Source: an uncultured Bacilli bacterium
Lineage (GTDB): Bacteria > Bacillota_I > Bacilli_A > Izemoplasmatales > UBA1188
Reading direction: 5' to 3'
Length of the DNA: 64,000 bases
Assembly: GCA_905235635.1 (NCBI GenBank)
Contig: CAJOMC010000007.1
Span: 18,998 to 82,997 of the forward strand
Shown: in pieces, positions 60,201 through 64,000 of the stretch
Position numbering within the stretch: the stretch's first letter is position 1
How the letters are laid out: each line of letters opens with the position of its first letter
Translations under genes and position numbers: made by a program
The notes under the pieces: model-generated
Told to the model about the DNA's origin: nothing
Seen by the model: only the letters and a program-made list of their open reading frames with translations
The model's database searches: none

Positions 60201-61788
60201 CAATAGAGATGGCCAAGATATCCCATTTGAAACATTCTTAGGTGTTAAAGAAAACCCTAAAACTCCAGATATTGACCTTAACTTCTCTAGTGAAAACCAA
60301 GGTCAAATTCACAACTATATAAGAGAAATATTTGGATATACTAAAGCTTTTAGGGCGGGTACAATTCAAGCGTCACAAGATAAAATCTCGTATGCAATAG
60401 TAAGAGATTATTTTGATAACGTTAATAAGAAACTGATTAAACGAGAGGAAAGACCAGTTCATCATAGAAGAGCTGAAATAGAAGGCATTTCAAATATGAT
60501 AAACGGTTCCAAGAGAACCTGTGGCCAACACCCTGGTGGAGTAGTTGTTGTACCTGTTGACCATGAAATATATGATGTAACCCCAGTTCAATATCCTGGC
60601 GACTCATCAAGTAGAGAGTGGATGACTACTCACTTTGATTATCATACATTTGAAAAGAATCTATTTAAGTTAGATGTATTAGGCCATGATGACCCAACTT
60701 GTCTTAAATATTTAATGGAATTTGTAAAGGCTGAACCTGAATTATTCCCTTTTAAAGAAGCGAAGGATATCCCAGTAAATGACCACAAATTATTCCAACT
60801 TATGAATAATACTGAATGTATTGGCTGTGCGCCAGAAGACCTAGATTCTAAAGTAGCATCATTTGGTATTCCGGAGTTTGGTACACCATTTGTGCGTGAA
60901 TTATTAGAAGAAGCTAAACCAACTACTTTTGGTGAATTACTAAAAGTATCAGGTTTATCTCATGGTACAGACGTATGGAAAGGAAATGCAGAAGATCTTC
61001 TCCTTGGCACAAATGGTATCAAAGTTCCTTTCAAACAAATCATCGGTTGCCGTGACGATATTATGGTTGATTTAATATCTTATGGTGTTCCTGCGCTTGA
61101 TGCCTTTAACACTATGGAATTCGTAAGAAAAGGTAACGCCCCAGATAAACCAGAAAAATGGGCAAGTATTGTCGCAGGGCTTTCAAGTTATGATATACCT
61201 AAATGGTATTTTGATGATTGCGCAAAGATTGCATACCTTTTCCCTAAAGCACATGCCACTGCCTATGTTATTAATGCGCTTAGAATGGGTTGGTTTAAAA
61301 TGTATCAGCCTATATTCTTCTATAGCGCAATATTATCAAAGAAATTGGATGCATTTGACGTTGAAACAATGCTAAAAGGGACTGAAGGCATAAGAGAGGA
61401 ATTAGGTCGTCTTAAAAATATCCCAACCGCTATGAAAAAGAAAAAAGATGAAGATTTAATTAAAACACTTGAATTATGTCTTGAAATGTGTGTTAGAGGA
61501 TATACCTTCTTAAATGTTAACCTATATAAGAGTGACGCAAGAAACTTTAGAGTATCTGACGACCATAAATCACTCTATATACCATTTATGGCGATAGATT
61601 CTTTAGGAAAAGCTTGCGCTGATTCAATACTTGCAGCGAGAGCGGAAAAACCTTTTGATACACAAGCGGACTTTATGCAAAGAACTCAAACTTCTAAAAC
61701 TATTAAAAATAGACTTGCGGAACTTGGTGTATTTAAAGGCCTCCAAGAGGATGACCAGCTATCGTTCAATTTTGATGATTTAGAATGA
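57283..61788 (+). CDS. polC: DNA polymerase III PolC-type alpha subunit
   Basis: HTKMSALDG, VFDLETTG exonuclease, GSRGSVGSS, PDIDLNFS, GQHPGG, FPKAHA. Confidence 0.97.
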   Translation: MDIQKLLDNIGYNSDYLTQNLHVKKAVLDPVFASLDIIFESDRPIIISEYEELTQRLDNLRLRNVDHITYSFTFNEYNESDIYDYFNYVSRKINKDNRALYFNKKYEYGTLTVEIPGKESGFLVQRNQILKLMKDSGFTQLSLELKLKYDKEEIEKSISSEIDYSVLEAKTRLEKTKEEVWVQYLPDKKIYGSEKSAIEIPDNQVEFDRFNQKETRSAFVLKGIVEYIDQDALKKRGNFKMVLRDDTGRIYCSRSLKGNDKFFFKEIKVNQKIIVQGYLRISPAGDVSLNITNCAHTESRIPITSRVDIEPKKRVELNLHTKMSALDGVDEMKDYCEAAAYFGHSAIAVTDTGGVQSFHDLYEFVNDPKKNPDKALKPLYGVELNYVDEDEIKIAHNLEDINLEDATYVVFDLETTGISVNFERIIEVSAVKIKHGVIVDQFTTLVNPEKNIHYSVSKLTTIKNEDVKNAPSREVALKQFRDFIKDTVLVAHNASFDIGHLTKNFDDLGYERINYPLIDTLILAKALYPGKRAYGLAPMCKFLNVRLDQHHRALADSTATGQIFIIMLEEAKKRGIKYHSELNTLIDPKEAFKFPISHTIDLLVQNQIGLRNLYHILSIASTENFSLDPIVTKKVIEKYREGILIGSGDRVSHFFDVAFTKTEEELEKIIDFYDYIEIEPTSNFVYEQLHMDDYEFCVQHTYKKVIAMAKKHNIPVVAVGDVHQINKDETLYRSILVNTERVGKLRRHPLYMFGGENDDMPPMEIAIPSSYYKTTREMLEDFSYLGSDLAYEVVVTNTNLIADSCEFVQSFNNNPYPPKDDFLKDLGIPSAEEFVKELTLENAHKLYGDLLPGIVKDRIDHELEPIIGNKFSTIYAISHLIVKKSREDGYEVGSRGSVGSSLVAYLMEITEVNSLPPHYYCPKCSYSAFKMTESEKKKYGIRKDEELFQNNLNEVTSGYDLPDAKCPICGTLLNRDGQDIPFETFLGVKENPKTPDIDLNFSSENQGQIHNYIREIFGYTKAFRAGTIQASQDKISYAIVRDYFDNVNKKLIKREERPVHHRRAEIEGISNMINGSKRTCGQHPGGVVVVPVDHEIYDVTPVQYPGDSSSREWMTTHFDYHTFEKNLFKLDVLGHDDPTCLKYLMEFVKAEPELFPFKEAKDIPVNDHKLFQLMNNTECIGCAPEDLDSKVASFGIPEFGTPFVRELLEEAKPTTFGELLKVSGLSHGTDVWKGNAEDLLLGTNGIKVPFKQIIGCRDDIMVDLISYGVPALDAFNTMEFVRKGNAPDKPEKWASIVAGLSSYDIPKWYFDDCAKIAYLFPKAHATAYVINALRMGWFKMYQPIFFYSAILSKKLDAFDVETMLKGTEGIREELGRLKNIPTAMKKKKDEDLIKTLELCLEMCVRGYTFLNVNLYKSDARNFRVSDDHKSLYIPFMAIDSLGKACADSILAARAEKPFDTQADFMQRTQTSKTIKNRLAELGVFKGLQEDDQLSFNFDDLE

Positions 61789-62519
61789 TGAATATTTTTA
61801 ATAGATTACTCAATTATGTTGACCTAGATAATAAAGCATTAAGCCTAGTAGAAGCTAGACTTAATGCTTTAGTTTTTTCTTTATCATCTCTTATAACGGG
61901 TTCTATAGTATATTTTATATTTAATATTCAATTTGATAGAATAATTAAACTTAGTATTTTTGGGTTTTTTGCTATTATTAGCGTTTTCCTATATATTTTA
62001 GTGCTAAAGAAAAGAGACAATAATTTTATTGTATGTTTACTATTCTCTATCTTTAAAGGCGCCACCATTATGAGTTTTTCTCATATGTTGAAACTATATT
62101 TAGATATTATTAATATGTCTTATGATGTGGTAACTTCATTCTTTATAAGTGCCGCATTTAGTGTGCTTATTGTGCCATTTTTTACCAGTGTATATTATCT
62201 ATCTTTTGGTAAAACCATTAGGGATTTTAAAACTAGTTTCTTGTTTGTTTTGCTTTTCTCAATCATTATTCTTGCGGTCATAACTGCGATAAGATTTAGT
62301 TCTGTATTAAGTTCAAAAACTATACTAAATACCATTATTTCTGTACTTTTTGCCCTAATAAATAGTTTCTATTCGGTGGTATATTTTGAGTTTGCGAGAA
62401 AAGAATACCAGGAATGTGGTGACTATTCCCTCACCAATAATATGGCATTAGGTATGGTTCAATCTGATATCTATTCACCTATAGAGATTATTTATGCCCT
62501 ATTTCACACGCGCAAATAA
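61785..62519 (+). CDS. Polytopic membrane protein (possibly Bax-inhibitor/YccA-like)
   Basis: About 6-7 hydrophobic segments; coupled to polC. Confidence 0.55.
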   Translation: MMNIFNRLLNYVDLDNKALSLVEARLNALVFSLSSLITGSIVYFIFNIQFDRIIKLSIFGFFAIISVFLYILVLKKRDNNFIVCLLFSIFKGATIMSFSHMLKLYLDIINMSYDVVTSFFISAAFSVLIVPFFTSVYYLSFGKTIRDFKTSFLFVLLFSIIILAVITAIRFSSVLSSKTILNTIISVLFALINSFYSVVYFEFARKEYQECGDYSLTNNMALGMVQSDIYSPIEIIYALFHTRK

Positions 62520-62631
62520 TCATTGAAGATTATTTGTGATTAGTGTAAAATAACACATAGTAATTAGATAGAATCAAGTAAAACTATCTCATCCCTAGTA
62601 AATGGGAGTTTTAAATAAAGGGAGGCATTAT

Positions 62632-63684
62632 ATGTCAGACAAATTTAAAGCTTTAGAGGCTTATGAGGATCTTAAACAAAAACTAGAAGCTAAGTTAAGC
62701 AATACGTCACTTACTCTTCAATCACTTCAAGAGTTAAGACAAGAATACTTAGGAAAGAAGGGCCCTATTCAAGAATTAATGGGTGAAATGAAGAATCTTT
62801 CACCTGAGGAAAAACCATCTTTCGGCCAAAAGATTAATGCCCTTAAGACTCTAGTTAGCGATTTAATTGAATCAAAGAAGAAGGAACTTGAAGAAAGACA
62901 GGTTCAAGAAAAGCTAGAAAAAGAAAGAATAGATATCACACTTCCTGGCAAAGAAGTTAATACTGGTTCAATACACGTACTCTCAAAAGTTATTGAAGAA
63001 GTAGAAGATTTATTTATCGGTATGGGTTATGAGGTCAAAGATGGCCCTGAAGTTGAATATGATGAATATAACTTTAGATTATTAAATATCCCAAAAGATC
63101 ACCCAGCACGTGCTATGCAGGATACTTTCTATGTAGACGTTGAGAGACTACTTAGGACTCAGACAAGTGCCGCTCAAGCACACACTATGCTTGAATATGG
63201 TGGGAATAAAGATGTAAGGATTATTTGTCCAGGTAAAGCATATAGAAGAGATGAAGATGATGCAACTCACTCTCATCAATTCACTCAAATTGAGGGACTT
63301 GTGGTTACAAAAGATGTGACTATGTCAGATCTTAAAGGAACACTTCTTAAAATGGCCCAATCATTATTTGGCGAAGATAGAGAAATAAGACTTCGTCCAT
63401 CATATTTCCCATTTACTGAACCATCTATTGAAGTTGATGTTTCTTGTTTTAAATGCCACGGAAAAGGTTGTTCTATGTGTAAAGATACAGGTTGGATTGA
63501 AATTCTTGGCGCAGGTATGGTAAACAACAACGTTTTATCAATGTGTGGATATGATCCAAAGAAGTATCAAGGTTTTGCCTTTGGTGTTGGTGTTGAAAGA
63601 ATCGCGATGCTCAAATATGGAATTGATGATATTAGATCGCTTTATGCTAATGATTTAAGATTATTAAAACAATTCAAGGCTTAG
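62632..63684 (+). CDS. pheS: Phenylalanyl-tRNA synthetase alpha subunit
   Basis: [39 protein letters not shown]; GGAGG RBS before ATG 62632. Confidence 0.97.
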   Translation: MSDKFKALEAYEDLKQKLEAKLSNTSLTLQSLQELRQEYLGKKGPIQELMGEMKNLSPEEKPSFGQKINALKTLVSDLIESKKKELEERQVQEKLEKERIDITLPGKEVNTGSIHVLSKVIEEVEDLFIGMGYEVKDGPEVEYDEYNFRLLNIPKDHPARAMQDTFYVDVERLLRTQTSAAQAHTMLEYGGNKDVRIICPGKAYRRDEDDATHSHQFTQIEGLVVTKDVTMSDLKGTLLKMAQSLFGEDREIRLRPSYFPFTEPSIEVDVSCFKCHGKGCSMCKDTGWIEILGAGMVNNNVLSMCGYDPKKYQGFAFGVGVERIAMLKYGIDDIRSLYANDLRLLKQFKA

Positions 63685-63696
63685 GAGGAAAGAGAA

Positions 63697-64000
63697 ATGC
63701 TTATCCCTATGGAATTATTAAAGAAGATTGTTGATATAAATATTAATGATGAAGAGTTTGTTAAAAACTTCTCTTTAAAGAGCGCAGAAGTTGATTCTTT
63801 CGCTAAGCTTTGTGATGTTAAAGGCCTAGTTGTGGGGAAAATCCTTGCGATAAAGGACCATCCAGATTCAAATCATCTTCATATTACTACCGTTGATATG
63901 GGTGATATGGTTGATGATATTGTATGTGGTGCACCAAATGTTGAAGTTGGAAGAAAAGTTATAGTCGCAAAAGTTGGTGTAAAACTACCTGGTGGTGAGA
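63697..64000 (+). CDS. pheT: Phenylalanyl-tRNA synthetase beta subunit (partial)
   Basis: HPDSNHL, IVCGAPNV, VAKVGVKLPGG; follows pheS. Confidence 0.95.
   Translation, partial: MLIPMELLKKIVDININDEEFVKNFSLKSAEVDSFAKLCDVKGLVVGKILAIKDHPDSNHLHITTVDMGDMVDDIVCGAPNVEVGRKVIVAKVGVKLPGGE

Noticed and set aside
38520-61788. Mycoplasma-type genetic code 4 (TGA = Trp)
   Set aside because: TGA ends tdk, polC and other genes at expected positions, and conserved Trp codons are TGG.
217-63530. Numerous 60-160 aa ORFs antisense or out of frame within housekeeping genes (e.g. 217-399, 2198-2611, 14084-14419, 29586-29957, 35328-35819, 45112-45459)
   Set aside because: They are shadow ORFs overlapping confidently identified genes, with no RBS or recognisable motifs.
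1-64000. CRISPR array, cas genes, rRNA, IS transposase, integrase or reverse transcriptase
   Set aside because: No regularly spaced repeats or matching protein motifs were seen by eye.

Overview
Low-GC Bacilli/Mollicutes-like chromosome (genetic code 11: TGA is used as stop, Trp = TGG) spanning the replication origin. dnaN (partial) and dnaA lie on the minus strand with DnaA boxes on both sides of dnaA. They are followed by a mostly plus-strand housekeeping run: rpmH-rnpA-yidC-jag-pth-mfd, recF-gyrB-gyrA-serS, ktrBA, rsmA-dusB, a YfhO/GT2/GtrA glycosylation trio, rplM-rpsI, rnj, dut, tRNA-Glu, rpmE-tdk-tadA-SRP RNA, a two-component pair, mnmG-rsmG, rpsD, CIRCE-hsp20, rqcH, gmk-rpoZ-polC and pheS-pheT. 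One accessory tract (~34.9-42.3 kb) lies between tRNA-Glu and a plsC-like gene. It holds an OhrR-controlled redox operon, an RHH + HipA-like kinase pair with a palindromic operator, and an integrase-less ~2.5 kb island (XRE, DUF4417-like, toxin-like, immunity-like). That island is bounded by a diverged duplicate of the plsC 3' end and by bipartite inverted repeats. Other notable items: an unassigned structured RNA candidate after rpsI, a recurring palindrome flanking dnaA, a YidC with a large extra N-terminal domain, and small deletions (including one in rpsD) that may be assembly artefacts. All calls come from reading motifs by eye; no database searches were run.
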